From a virus (lineage: Duplodnaviria > Caudoviricetes): a stretch of 64,000 bases of DNA. Position numbers and translations under genes: made by a program. Each line of letters opens with the position of its first letter. Positions within the stretch are counted from its first letter, which is position 1. Positions 48,984 through 62,700 of this stretch are shown here, piece by piece. The stretch lies in IMG/VR virus record IMGVR_UViG_3300021958_000035, positions 31,217-95,216 of that record; one strand, 5' to 3'. Below the pieces are notes generated by a model. It worked only from the letters and a program-made list of their open reading frames with translations. It was not told the origin of the DNA and made no database searches.

Positions 48984-50789
48984 TTATCGGTCTAGCTCAT
49001 ACGTCCAAGAGATATTGAATGAATAAGTGCCCTCTTTAGGATTCCAGCTTTCAGAAGGTGGCGAAATGAAATACTTTCTAACTCCCGGCTCACCTTTGGG
49101 GCTAAGTTCCCCAAGAAGTTCTGCTATCTGACTAGCAGTGGGTTCTACCAAGCTAGGCTTTTTAAGTATTAAGGTTTTTCTATCTTTGCCATATGGAATT
49201 TTAGTGTAATCCAAAGTGAGGTTGATTGATACGTCTCTTTTGTACTCTGTTCGTCCTCCAATATATTGTAGAACAGGACCGGTTGGCCTACCAATAACTG
49301 GAATAATAGCAAATACGTCTCCCGGATATGTATCATTAACCTGAATACTCTCGGCAATCACACCAGAGATAATATTTGTTGGCCTATTGTTAAAGGCTAA
49401 ACTATAAGTAATTTCTCCGTTGTATTGATTGGTTCCAAGACTAATTGATACGGGCTGAGAATTTAATGCGACAGCAACAAGGTTATTAGCACGCCTGTAT
49501 ACGTCACTAGTCAGTCCAAATTGACCACTGTTAGATATTTGATTATATTTTCTAAGAGCATTAGCATAAGCACCGCTTGCTGCATTTAGGGATGGGTCTC
49601 CAAAACCAGAAGGAGAAATACCTCTTAAGCCCTTAATGTTTCCATCAATATTAACAGATACAAAAGGATCGGTGTTTGACGTAGCGGTGGTCATACTAAA
49701 CGTTTCATTAGCAGTACCGCTACTTAAAACCCAGCTTTCAGATACAGAATAAGTACCTTCAGTAACTCCGACTTGCTCAGTTCTTATGTGGTTATAGCCG
49801 CCGTAAGAATCTACTAAGTTTACAGTCCCAGAACCTATTTGTCCTGCAACATTTGGGTAAGGTATTCCACTTCCACTATAACCCAATCTCTTAGTGACAA
49901 AATTCTTTGCCTGCTCCCAAGCAGGACGATTAATCGTGTTAGAAGGATCTTGATTATAATTGTAATCTAAACCGTCTGGGCCGTAAACGGTTTTACCTGT
50001 GGCATTTAAATTATGCGTAATTCTGTACGTTATTGGATTATCGGGACTTTCTCCACCAGCCTCGTCTGCCTCTAAGCTCCAATCTTCACTATAGGTTTCA
50101 ATAAAAGCTGTGTCTTCATCGTCTAGCAACGTTTGAATTGTTGTTGCCGTACTTCTTACGTCGAGACTGCTATTGGCAAAAGTGCCCTCTAAATCTACGG
50201 GTAATTGATCGTCATCAAAATTACCTCTCAGGAGGTAGTCTGCCTCTAAGACGATAGTATATTCAGATTTTGTAATATACGGCCCCTCTGTGAAATCGAC
50301 ACTTACAGTTCTGGGGTAACAAACAACTGTAGCACCGGCATTGTCTAAAACATCAGAGAGTTCTACTCGTTGACCATCTTGAGCAAATAGTGCCCTAAGA
50401 GCACGTTGCTTGCTAATAATAGCAGAAGCAGGCTTGGTGTTTTGAGCGATTGTGGGATTGGAACCTTCTACGATCTGCTGTCTAGGCGGCTTGTCCCTAG
50501 CAGATAAAGCGACATCATCAAAAAGACCGTATGGGCCTATGAAACTGCCGCCTGCCTCTCCTATTGGGTCACCACCACCGAAAAACCCAAAAGGTTCATC
50601 TGTAGCAGAATTTAAAGCATAGGGTGTGCCATGCTCTGGAAGTAACGTACCCGTCAGCGTGATAGTATAAGTAGCACCAAAGGTGCCTTGCTTATTTTTT
50701 AATACAGCCTCAGAGATTTGTATAAACGGTGTTGGTCGTATGGAACAAATCTGCGTTGAGTCGTTTTTATAGTGTACTTTTATAGGCAT
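48984..50789 (-). CDS. Putative tail/baseplate protein (601 aa)
   Basis: Beta-strand-rich with repeated ExW..G.Y(S/T) motifs; tail module. Confidence 0.55.
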   Translation of the reverse strand: MPIKVHYKNDSTQICSIRPTPFIQISEAVLKNKQGTFGATYTITLTGTLLPEHGTPYALNSATDEPFGFFGGGDPIGEAGGSFIGPYGLFDDVALSARDKPPRQQIVEGSNPTIAQNTKPASAIISKQRALRALFAQDGQRVELSDVLDNAGATVVCYPRTVSVDFTEGPYITKSEYTIVLEADYLLRGNFDDDQLPVDLEGTFANSSLDVRSTATTIQTLLDDEDTAFIETYSEDWSLEADEAGGESPDNPITYRITHNLNATGKTVYGPDGLDYNYNQDPSNTINRPAWEQAKNFVTKRLGYSGSGIPYPNVAGQIGSGTVNLVDSYGGYNHIRTEQVGVTEGTYSVSESWVLSSGTANETFSMTTATSNTDPFVSVNIDGNIKGLRGISPSGFGDPSLNAASGAYANALRKYNQISNSGQFGLTSDVYRRANNLVAVALNSQPVSISLGTNQYNGEITYSLAFNNRPTNIISGVIAESIQVNDTYPGDVFAIIPVIGRPTGPVLQYIGGRTEYKRDVSINLTLDYTKIPYGKDRKTLILKKPSLVEPTASQIAELLGELSPKGEPGVRKYFISPPSESWNPKEGTYSFNISWTYELDR

Positions 50790-53700
50790 TTAGAAACCTC
50801 TTATCCTTAAATCAAGAGAGTCTGTAGTTGCAGTGCTCCCCATGACTAAATTTAATGAACTTGGGAGTGGACCACTCGGTGCTGATATATTCAAGAACAA
50901 TCCACTTTGATCTATCCCATCGGCAGAAGCAATCCCACTTACGCCAAAACTGTTCAGTCCTAAAGTATTATACACATTTGCACTGCTTGCCCCCAACATA
51001 GAAAGATTCATGTTTCCAGACTCTAATACTGGTCTGCCAGAAGCAACTAGATTCATAGAACCATCTTCTGGAGTTCCAAATAGTATCTTTAGATCAAGCT
51101 CTTTTACGTATGGTCTGTGTACCACAAAACCATTTCTGGAGGGGTCAAAACCAGAAACTTCCAAGAAAATGTCACCATTTTGATTGCTAAATATAATTCC
51201 TGAAACCTTGTATTCAATTGGGTCGCCAGAAACGTTTTGGTATACCCTAGTTTCCAATCTATCCATACTTTCTTTTGGTTTTTTATTGCCAAATACGTGA
51301 GAATCTATCCATCCGCCGCTGTTTGGAATGGCTGGAATTTGCTCTCTGAGCATAGCGTCAAAGGTATATGCAGATCCAGCATTTGCAAGCCCACTCGTTG
51401 GGTGATTGCCGCTTGTAGGCCAATCATGATGTGGAGATCCAATTGCCAGTGTGTAATCACTATCACCACGGAAAGAGCGATAAATGGCTACAGATTTTCC
51501 AAAGTTGTCGTTATCAGATCCACTAGCAGTTAGAATGAAGCCTCCAAGTCCATCATCATCAATATCTGTTTGAACTCTTTCTTGGTATCCTGCTGCGTAC
51601 AGTTTCTCAGCAAATTGCCACTCTTGTGTTCTAGCTCCAAAGTCTACTAATTCATTTCTGTAGTTGTAGACAGCACCACCATTTAGGATCATAAGACCGC
51701 TATTATTGTTGAACTGGTCTACACGGATACCAGAATCGGCTAAGTCATAGAAGGAATGAGACGGAATATCATATTCGCCGTTAAAGGACTTTCTTTGGAA
51801 AGCTGTACTTAAACCGCTTCCATTGTATGCGACCGCACCACTGTAGATATGATGATGTAAAGTGGCGAAATCATGATTGGGAGCACCGATTGCTGCCATG
51901 TCACAATCTATAGAAACAGAGAATCCAAATCTATCGCCTCTTCTTCCATATTCAAGAATAAAGCTAGGATCTACAATTTGGTGTGGACCACGTTCCGCTT
52001 CCAGAACCTCAATTGGGCTTGGGGAGAAATCATAAAGTCCGACATTTACATTCTCTGGCTTAATCTTGGCACCAAATTCCCAAGGTAAGCCTTCTGCAAT
52101 TACATTTCTGCCGTTGTCTGTATTGTTGTATACAAATACAGCACCAGCACCACCATCTGCACCAATCTTGGCTCCAGACCCAGCTTCTCCATTTTGAATC
52201 TCATGCCACTGGACAACTCCACTAATCCCGCTAACCGCTGTTTCAGCAGAAAATGCGTTATAAGGAGCACCAACAATTAACTTACCGTCATTGATCTGAA
52301 TAGAGTGACCGAACAAGTCGCCCGGACATCCAGAATTAAATATGTCATAATCTAGATAATCTGTGTTTTCTATCCTCATCAATTCTGTCATGCCGCCACC
52401 AATACCGGCATCAACAATAAAGTCTTTATCTGTATTTTCATTAAGATCTAAAAGCAGATCATAATCTTGATAGATACCACCTTGGTAGTTTACAATATCT
52501 AGGAAATCACCGCTAAATCTTGGATAAATACCATAAGTTCCAAGTACGTCGTTGTTAAAGAACTCTTCTTTTCTAGCCTGTACCTTTAATGGGACTTTAA
52601 TTTCTTCTGGTCTGGTTAATATGGTTGGATCATAAGAATCTTCATCATCTGAATAAAGACCCAAACTACCTGTCACACCATTTCCACCCCAAAGTCGGCT
52701 TGGACAAAGGGTGTCAGCACCAATAGGTGATCCACTTATGGCAACATATTTAGCTGTACTGCCACGCTCAGGAGCACGTATCTTCTGTGTAAATTCCCAA
52801 TTCTTTCCAGCGACAGTATTTCTAGGGATACCAAGATCAAGCCCTTCAGCCTGACCCTGCGGAGAACCGGCCCCACCGCCAAATCCTACGCTGCCATCTC
52901 TTGACTCTTCTGGACTAGGTGGATACAAGTTTCTAACAAAACTCTGATTACCCTGAGTAGCAGCCGCCCTATAGTGAGAGCATTGCCCCTGTAACAAAGT
53001 AGAGTCTGAAATCAGAATAATCTTTGATCTTCTAGATCCATTTGTGAACGAACTAAAGTTCTCAAACTCTTCTGCTACAATAACTGGACCATCTTCTATT
53101 TCTTTCTGTGCCCAATTCACAGAAGCGTCTAAACAATCAGGATCATCAAACTGAATGTCTCCACGGTATAGTTCGCTCTTATGTTTTACGGGTCTTGATT
53201 CGCCCGGAATGTATCCGCTCTGAGCGGGGTTAACAATGTACATACAATTAACTGGAACAGGAGGACCATCTGGTACAAGTCCACTACTCGTAGTTGTAGC
53301 AATTGTAGTTATTACTTCAAGTGGTGCCCCTGATACTGAGAGAATACGAGGTGTTGAAGGTGGCAGAGGAATACCAGATAATAACTGAGAATCTATAAAG
53401 TTAGACCATTTATTTGTATTAAATTGTAATTCTAGCTCAGTTATACTCTGTTCTTCATTGGTTCTAAAATCGAAGACAAACTGAGAGGGAGTAAAAGTAG
53501 CAGTCTTATTCAACTCTGCAAGAGTTCCACATGAATCAAAACTTGAGGGTATTGTGCCAAAATTGCCCTCTCTTTGTATATCAGTAGGTGTATCTAAGCA
53601 TATTCCAAATTCTTCAAACTTAGTTTCAGAAACCCAGTTGACCCAAACCCTGTATCCAGATCCCGGCTCGATTGGGAATTTAACAGAAGCGTTTCCATCA

Positions 53701-56700
53701 ATCGTCCAGTTGTTTCTGCTAGCGTACTCTTTGTATGTCTGAATGACAGGATCATTGAAAGATACTATTCTTTCAAAATCTGCTCCTCCAGAAAGCGGCA
53801 CAATAAACCTCTTATCCCCACCACCAAATTCAATACTTGTCTTTTCACTAAATTCAATTCCACTCAAGCTAGTAGCAAATTGATAGTTAGGGGATGTCCA
53901 TGTATATCCATCATCACAACCGCTAACGCTATCGGTTGCATAATTAACAATCTGACTGGAAGTTTCTCCACCGTAAGTTTTTATCACTGATTGTCTATGA
54001 TATTCATCTTGTTTTGGTAGGAACATTGGCCTACTGGTGACATTAAGTCCGCTACAGAGATAATCAATTCTATCAGCAGTTTCTTGTGTATATTCTTCAT
54101 TATCCGCATTATACGTAATAATAAGTTTCTTTTCACCAATATTTAACCAACTGTTCAAATTTGCGAAGTCACTGCTTGATGGTTTTCCAGACGGAAACGC
54201 AAGCCAAACAAAATCTAGCTGATCGTTCAACGCAGTTATTGGTTGATTTTCTCTAAAGAATCCGCCAGCAAGCAATAATTCAATATTTATTTTATTACCG
54301 AGACTATGATCTGTTGATGAACCATCATAGTTGTAAGCACTGTTTAAGGAAGATCTTCCTGTGAATCCATTAATTTGAATACCTTTAGCAACCTCATCAC
54401 AGTCCTTGCGAATCATATTGAGATAGAATTCTGTATTCTTATCATCATTATTGGTTGGGTGCGTGATACCTCTACTGGCATCATCTTCGGGCCATTGACT
54501 TGCTAAGATATAGACTCTGGAGTTATTGAGAGTTCCATCGGATTTTTTACCAGATTCAACAAGTGCAAAAATATGATCTGGATAGACGGTTTCTGTAACT
54601 GTTCTCTCAGATGTAGTTGTTGACCCCGCAGCTTGCAAGATTCCATCTCGACCATTAAGGGCGTCTGGATCAAACGTGTCTCCACCAAATGTGAACTCGT
54701 TGAATAATCCAGATATAGATGAATCGGTGTCCCCTTGAATAGAGAAAGCAATCTCGTCTTCATTAACTTCTGCCAAAGAAATATCTATTTCGTTTTTAGA
54801 TTTAACTCTGTACCTGTAACGCTGTTCGTAATCGCACTGAAGTCCAGAAGTCGCTGGTTCAAACCAGTGAGTATCAGGTAGATGTTCAGCAGTCGTCAAA
54901 ACTGGTGTTGGTGACTGATCTTCCTTGAGGAATAACGGTTGTGGTGTCTCATCACAGACAGGAGTAAGGTTATCGAACAAGAAGGGCCAGTTTCTCTGGT
55001 ATCGAACAACTTTACATGATTTAGGTGTGGTCAAAACACAAGAGTCATTCCATTCAGCACGTAAATCTCCACGATTACCATCTAGTGGGAACTCGTACTT
55101 TGTATTGATGATCTGCGATGGTCCATTGCAACTCGCCCCCTCTGGACAATCAATTGTAGAAAAGTAGTCTTCTAGACCGTCTCTGGATAAGTCTATTCGA
55201 ATGTCGCCAACACCCTTGACATAATATTTACCGTTAGACTCAATTGTTCTGGCAGTAGAGTATGCTGGCAAGAATGATGCGGTTGCATTGTACTTATTAT
55301 CATTTAAATCTTGCTGACTAACACATCCTTGCATCGAGTAGCTTTGATCTTTAGCGGCTTGAATCCGCATCCTAGAACCTAACTTTTCTAGGATTTTGTT
55401 GATGATATCATTGGACTCTTTGTATAGTCCATTTTCTTCCCATACTGGGTCGTTACCGACCAAGACAAGATTTCTATCGCCAAGCTCCAGCCAATCTTTT
55501 ATGTTGTCGATAATCTCATCGCTGACAGCATCAATTTCTGGCGTAATAATAAACGCAAGACCGGCCTCTTGAGGAATCTCAATTTCCGAGAAGCTCATTC
55601 TTCTCCAGTCTTTACCTTGGTAGTCTGAAAATCCGGTAGATCCAGAACCAAAGATTAAAGGCCAGTTGCTTTCATCATAGTATCCAGCGTCTCTTTCTTC
55701 ATTATGAGTTGATCTATCTAAGTTTCCGAAGCGGCCAAGTTCTACAACCTCGTTATGTGGGAAGTGTTTTCTATTGTGGAACATTCTTACCGCACCAGCG
55801 TTATGATAAGAAGCCCAAGACTTAACAGTATCGCCCCAAACATTAATGTCTTCAAATTCGTTGAAGGAGTCTGTAGGTGCCCCAAATGCTACAATCTCAC
55901 CATTTTCGTCTACAGAGCAACTCCAGCCCATTCTTGATGTTCCCGCAAACTCGTCGATGAGGAACTTTCTTGTTCCGACATATCTAACATCATTGTGGCC
56001 GTACTCAAACGTCAACTGATATGGTTCTGGGAGTGAAGAGCCCCAGAACATAACATCATTTCGATATTCAAATCTGTCTGGAGATTTAATATAATCATAA
56101 GTAGCTGTCTTAGCAATTACTGCACCAGAAGCACCCTCTACAGAATCATAGTATTCTACGGCGTAATTAAATGGACTTCCTTTGGAGACAAGCCATCTTC
56201 TAAGATTGTCGTATACCTTTTGAATCTCCGATTCGCTTCTTTCGTAAATCTTACATGGGTTGTTATTCCAAGGAGATCCAACTGCTAATACTTCTGAATT
56301 TTTACTTAGAGCAACTGAGTGACCAAAACGATCATTATAAGTTTTGGCATATCCAGCACCAAACATACTTTCTGGGTTATCAAAAAGTTCAGATTCGTCA
56401 TTAGGTGAAACAATAACTTGGATGCAGTTAAAATTATCACGCTCTTTTTCAAACAGGTAAACTCTACCTCCAGATGCAGGAGGAACTTGGAACTCAGTAA
56501 CAACTGATCCGTGAGTATTGCCCCATATTTGACCAACACCGCTAGTAATAAAGTTTCTATTTAAAGTAGTATTAGTAAATGTTGTTGATAAGCGACCACT
56601 ATCAAAAGTGTCCTGCATTAACTCGACAGATGTATCTGCCCAGTCTTCAGATCTACCTATGACTGTATGTAAGTGACCGCTTTGCTGAATGCCTTGAACA

Positions 56701-59700
56701 AGGTCAGTAACACCACTAGCAAATGAGTGCTTCTCATAAAAATCTTGGAATTCATCGTATATATTGTAAACTGTACCGTTTTCATCGGCATATTGTAAAG
56801 CTCCAGCAGTAGACCCTGTCTGCTCTTTGAACATACCAATAATAGCTGGAATACCGCTGTAAGCAGCAGCATTTGGATTACCACTTGGGAAGGCTGTAAA
56901 GAATCCATCTAGAACACCACTGAGCATCTGGTTGAATACAACGGGCTGACCAGAAGCAACAAAATCAGCGAGAGTTCCTGATCCACCAAGTACGTCAGAA
57001 CCAACCTCAGTTAGCAGATCAAGATCGTCTAGTCTAGGAATGTATCTATGTGTAAACCAATCAGACTCATCGGTAGGAATATTAGGATAGTCCCTATTGG
57101 AATAGGTTAATTGGAAGACAAGTAGATTTGGCTTAATTTCTGCATACCACTCGTCTGGTCCAGCGTTCCAAGGTGCTGAGAAGTATTTCCAAAGAATATT
57201 AAATTTACCAGCCGAAGCAGCAACATCTTGTAGCTTAGTCTTGTTGTATGCAAACAAGTCAGCAAAAATCATTCCCGCAGCAGGAACACCGGAAGTTACA
57301 AGATCGTCAAACTCTCTTGACCACTTAGCACGAGGTGCTCCAACGGCAACAACTTCTCTGTCACCACTGGCCGACAATGATAATGATTCACCGAACTGTC
57401 TACCTTCTTGACCAATCTGCCACTTGTTTCCAGAGATAGAAAAATCACCAAATGATAACAGACTATCTGTTGTTCTCTGGATATAATCTTTTCTAAAGCC
57501 AGATGGTAGCATCAATTGCTCTTCCAAGACCCAATCTGCTTTCTTGCCAGCCTCGTCTTGTCCTCTTCGATACAAGAATACAGCACCCGCACCGCTGACT
57601 TCTATGTTACCAAAGCCACCACCAGATGGATAAACGCCATAATCAGGAATTGTGATGTTAGGTGCGGCAACAGCCATAATGTCTTCACTGACAGCAACGT
57701 TTTGACCAAATTTGTCACCAATGTTTCTGCCAGACGCAACGATCAAGTCAGAGTCAGAGTAAAGGTTTGCAGAAGGTGGAACGCCACCAGCATCATCACC
57801 AATAAGTTTGACACCAGAGAATACAATATTTCCATCGCAGTCCTCTGTACAGCATCCGCTACCGTCTGCATACCAAGCTGGACCGCACATTCCATATCCC
57901 CATTCCTCAAACGTCCTTGGGACAGGAATAGCTGCGGTAGAGCCGGTAACAATACTCATGGTCGCGAAGTACGGAGTAGAAGGAAGAAGCTGAGTGTACT
58001 TCCTTATTCCATAGTAATTTCCGCTGTATCCTAAGCCGCCCTCAAAGTTGATCGCACCAGAATTTGTGTAGGTAGCTTTGGCTCGGAATATTCCACCTTC
58101 GTTGCATGTCTCTTCTCTCCAAACAATACAGTCTGTTTCGAGTGCGGCATCAACCGCTTTACTTGGGCTGTCCCCTGTGCAAGATCCATAACCTATTAAG
58201 TCTACGCCTCTAATCTCATTATCTGCGGACAGAACGGCATAAGAGTTATCTTCGAGTTCAATTCCGGTCCCATAGTTATTATTGTGCCACAATGCAAATG
58301 CAGATCCAGTGCCTTTAGATCCTACATTGTAACTCGCCGTAACGAGATTAACTGTGTTTGTCAGTAAAGATTCTACTAATGGGTTATGAAGATACAGATT
58401 CATGTCTGTATCAATTATGTTTGGAGCATTAATATACAACGGCATAGTAGACGTTGTTCGTGAATCCAGAATCTGGTTTCTTCCAAACATGCTCAGATTA
58501 ATAAATCCACTTGCAGCAGTCTCTTGTGTGTTCCCAATAGACTTATTATATAAGTACATTGGAATTGATCGGTATATACTACTTCTGTCACCAAGAGATG
58601 CGGACATGTTCAGATTGAGGAATGGACCCTCTGGGCTTTCACCGAAATCTACATTATAGACAGTAAGAGGAAGACCAAAGATATTCCCGCTGCCATAGTT
58701 TGGAGAGTTTGGATCTGAAGTATCTGGATTTGCATCTAAGGAATTATCTAGTGATCCGAGGGTAATTGGCAAAGCAAGTGGCATACTTCCAGAAGCTATA
58801 TCTGGAATTTGACCACTGACATATAGATTGAATGAGATGTCGCCAGACTGTGGCGGCATGAACAAGTTAAGTGCTTTACTACGAGGGAAAGCACCACTAA
58901 CATTGAGATGGAAACCAGAAGGAAGCCCTTCTGAAATAACATCATAATCAAAAGGAACCTGAATAGTAAGATCTAAACTATCGTTAGTTTCCCTTGGGAA
59001 TCCACCAATGTTCATATTCAGAGTATTGGACGCAGGATAAGCACCACTAGAGTACAAATTAAATGTACCACTATTAGCAGTCTTGCAAACGTTGACATCC
59101 TGCATCCTTACGTGTGAAGAGTGCATCTCAATTCTAGAATCAAACGCTGGCCCAGATGGGTAAACCAAGTCATACTGAACAAACATTTGATTTACATCGT
59201 CTTTGAAATATCTTTCTGAGAAGTCTTTTAATCTTGGTTCTTCGGGGAAGACAGTCCAAGCGTCAGTTTCTTCACAGATAGAATCGTAATCAAAAACGGA
59301 GTCAAGTTTGATTAGACAACTAGACGGTTCGATGTAGTGAGTTTTACGGTTTACAAGTCCCCAGTTTGGTTCGTCTGAAGTCCAGTATGGCTCCTGCTTC
59401 TTGGTGTAAAGACTGACGATCATCTGAGGTCCAGAAGGCATGATGTCAGTACATGCTTCCCACTCTATGTTCGCACCGGTCTTATGCTCAAGAACAGTCT
59501 CAACAACGAGGGCACGTTCAGAGAATTTGTATCCGACTGGTAGGCTTTTAGTTATTCTTCTATTTACAGCATAGAATGAATCTTCAACGTCTGACAAATG
59601 GAAACGTAGGAAATCGTTTTCCATCTGTGTATGATATGCAACACCACTGTCTACATTAGATAATAATGGTAAGTCATTATTTTGTGAGTAACCAGAACCA

Positions 59701-62700
59701 TGATGACTTAACTCAAAGATAATATGCTCTGCGTTTGGACGTTTTTGCCACTGGTCAAAACCAAATCCAAACTGACACCACTTAAAATCACCGATAGCCC
59801 AATCGTTGTAAGTATCTTCGTTTACTCTGTCCCAAAGTTTGTATCTATCATTAGTATAAGACTCATCGGGGTCAAAGAACTTAGCACGACTATTTTCTAA
59901 AAATACATCTGCGTTAACGCCCTTATAAGTTTTATCTGCACCAGACGCTACAATGTTCGTACCAAATCCGTACAGCGTATCAACGCCAGAGCTATAGGTG
60001 GAAACACCAAACTCACTGAGCAGAATATTCATACCCACGCCAGAGCCAGCAGAATATCCTAAGACAATATTTGCATCGTTTGCATTTTTATGGAACGGAG
60101 AAGATGTAGCTCTCAGTACATCAAAGTCAGATCCACCAAATTCATTATCAGTGTAAAGTCTAAGTCTATGGTTGCCATTATCATTATATGTAAGAATAGT
60201 ATTTAATGGGAATTGATAACCACTATACTTGATAGTATCTTTGACTTTTATAATATCACCGTTGACATCTTGGGCGTAACCACAAAGGAATCCATCCTCA
60301 TAACCGAGGGCAAAGTCCATGTCTTCAGCAGTGACCCACTTAGATACAATAACACCACTGTCAAACAGGTTGTAGCCTACTCCAGAAACGTTTGCGTCTG
60401 GTGTGAATCTAGTGAAGATAGCAAAACCGCCAGACACATCAACAGGGCCAAAGTTAATATTCTGACCACCAACCTCACCACTAATTCTAATGACTCTATC
60501 AAATGCGTCGGCAATCTTTCCATACAATGGGTTGCCAACAAAGGTTGTAGAACCATTGGATAGAGATGTCCAGTCAGTAGTGGTATAGTTACCACTGTAT
60601 CCCGGAAGTTGATCGTTAAATAGTGTACCGCTTGCAAATCTCCAACCAATATTATGGTAAATTTCTGGGTCGGTCAAGCACAGACCGCTGAGAGTGCCCA
60701 AACCACTAGGAGAGGATGACCCCATATCAACAGACAATACATATCTATTTTCTGGCCCAAAAGAATCAAACTTGTAGTAACCTGACAAGAATGGGTAGTC
60801 TATGGTTGGATTTTCAAAACCAAAACTGAAGGAATCTAAATCGTATGGTCCACGAACTGTACCCTCTGAACCTCGCCATCTTCTAGAGTAGTTTGTTTTG
60901 ATTGTATCAGGCGAACTATAGGCATGGGGAAGACCTGCGATGGCAGAAATTGGTTGATATCCAGAACCAGCGTTCAGTATGTCGTCATAAGATTCCATAC
61001 CCGATGGGAACAATGCACCTTCTGATCTACCAGCCTGAGCCTTACCTATCTTCTCACCGCCTTGAGTGTAGATGTTGAGACCGTCTGCTGGTGCATATCT
61101 GGCACAAAGTTCTATGTATGCAATAGAAGCACCACTAGGAAGTGGATAAATGTCTAAGTATAAATGTTCCAATAGTGAGCTTAGACTATAATCTCTAGAT
61201 ACTCCATGTCTTATATCATCATCAAGAATAATCAAGGGTACTTCATAAAGTTGGAAGTCAGTAGTATTAACCACTGGGTACTGGGCCAATTTATAATGAT
61301 CATTCCCGCTCGCCTCAAAGTAGGCACCTCTCTCAGATAACCCAGCACCACCCATTGTCCAGTCTGAGTTGTCGCCGTAGAATCCTGATATGATGGGATG
61401 TTGCCCAACATGAGGAACGAATGTATCGTTGAGGAATACACCTGATGGATCTTGAATAAATCCTCCAGACGAGCTTGTTACATTCAGCAACTTGTCGTCG
61501 CTGTAACCAACAACATCAAGTATATAGTCTCTGGTGCCCACTTCTTTTTTAGCCAGAACCTTGAGTGTTAAAGATTCTACATTAAAGTAAGGCGAGTCTT
61601 CTTGTATCTCTTCTGTGCGTTTTTCAACATTAAATGCACCGCTAGGCGAGAACCAGATGTCTTTAGTGCCTTGGTCAAATGCAAAGTCAAAATCACCCGG
61701 AGTAATTTCGTCTACTTTTGATCTTCCATGCTTAAACTTCAGTATGAGCTTACCAGAGTCAGAAACATCTCCACCCTCTGCGGTTTGCAGTTTGATGTAG
61801 TGATCACTATTTTGAACATGAAGGATGTTAATAAGCTCCTGTGCTCCGCACACATCTTCATTTGTTACACTAAGAGTGTCGTTTTCCCATATGTTATTAT
61901 TTACCGCTGGATATATTGTAGTGTCATATGTATTGAGGGGCATAAAGTTGGGCTTGATGCGTCTCTCAAGACGCCTACCCTTGTCCCTAACAGCCATTTG
62001 GAGTGGGAGATAGTCTTCTGGTCTTGGTCCGAATCCACCGCTATTACAAATCTCAACAGCAGAGATTCTAAAACCTCTTGTTGGATTGATAAATCGAACT
62101 TCTTGAGTTGATAAAGGTTGACCATCTAGGGCAAGGTAGTTATTTCCACTAGCATAGAACGTTTCGGGAATAATGTAGTTATCTTCAAAACCCTCATCAA
62201 AACCCTCTGTAAATGGATCATCTAAAGAAACGGCACGGACACTAAAAGACAGTTGATATCCAACATCTTCGTGCATATGGGGAAAGCCGCGTCTTTGCCA
62301 GTCGTACTTATCTGATATAGCATTTAATTCTGGCAAAGAAGAGTATGTTGAAAAGTTTTCATACTCGTCGTTAGAATCGCCCTTTATCTGTATGTCATTA
62401 TATTTTACAATTAAGTCCCCAGAAGGGTCGGAAAGTCGAATATTGTATAATGTATAAAGAGGAGCAGTCTTAGACTCTAGGTTTGATAATGGTGCGGATA
62501 CGCGAATTTTAAACGCAGAATGATCTGGCCTAACATTTAAACTTGTTAAGTTGCAGTTATATTGAAAGAGCCCTTCTGTATGTATTGTATTCGGCTCAAT
62601 ATATGAATTGAGATCATCTGATAGATTGTTAGAGTCGCCACCATCTTTTGCTAAACCTTCATAAACACCTTCATCAATGTAGGACCAAAGATTACCGGAT

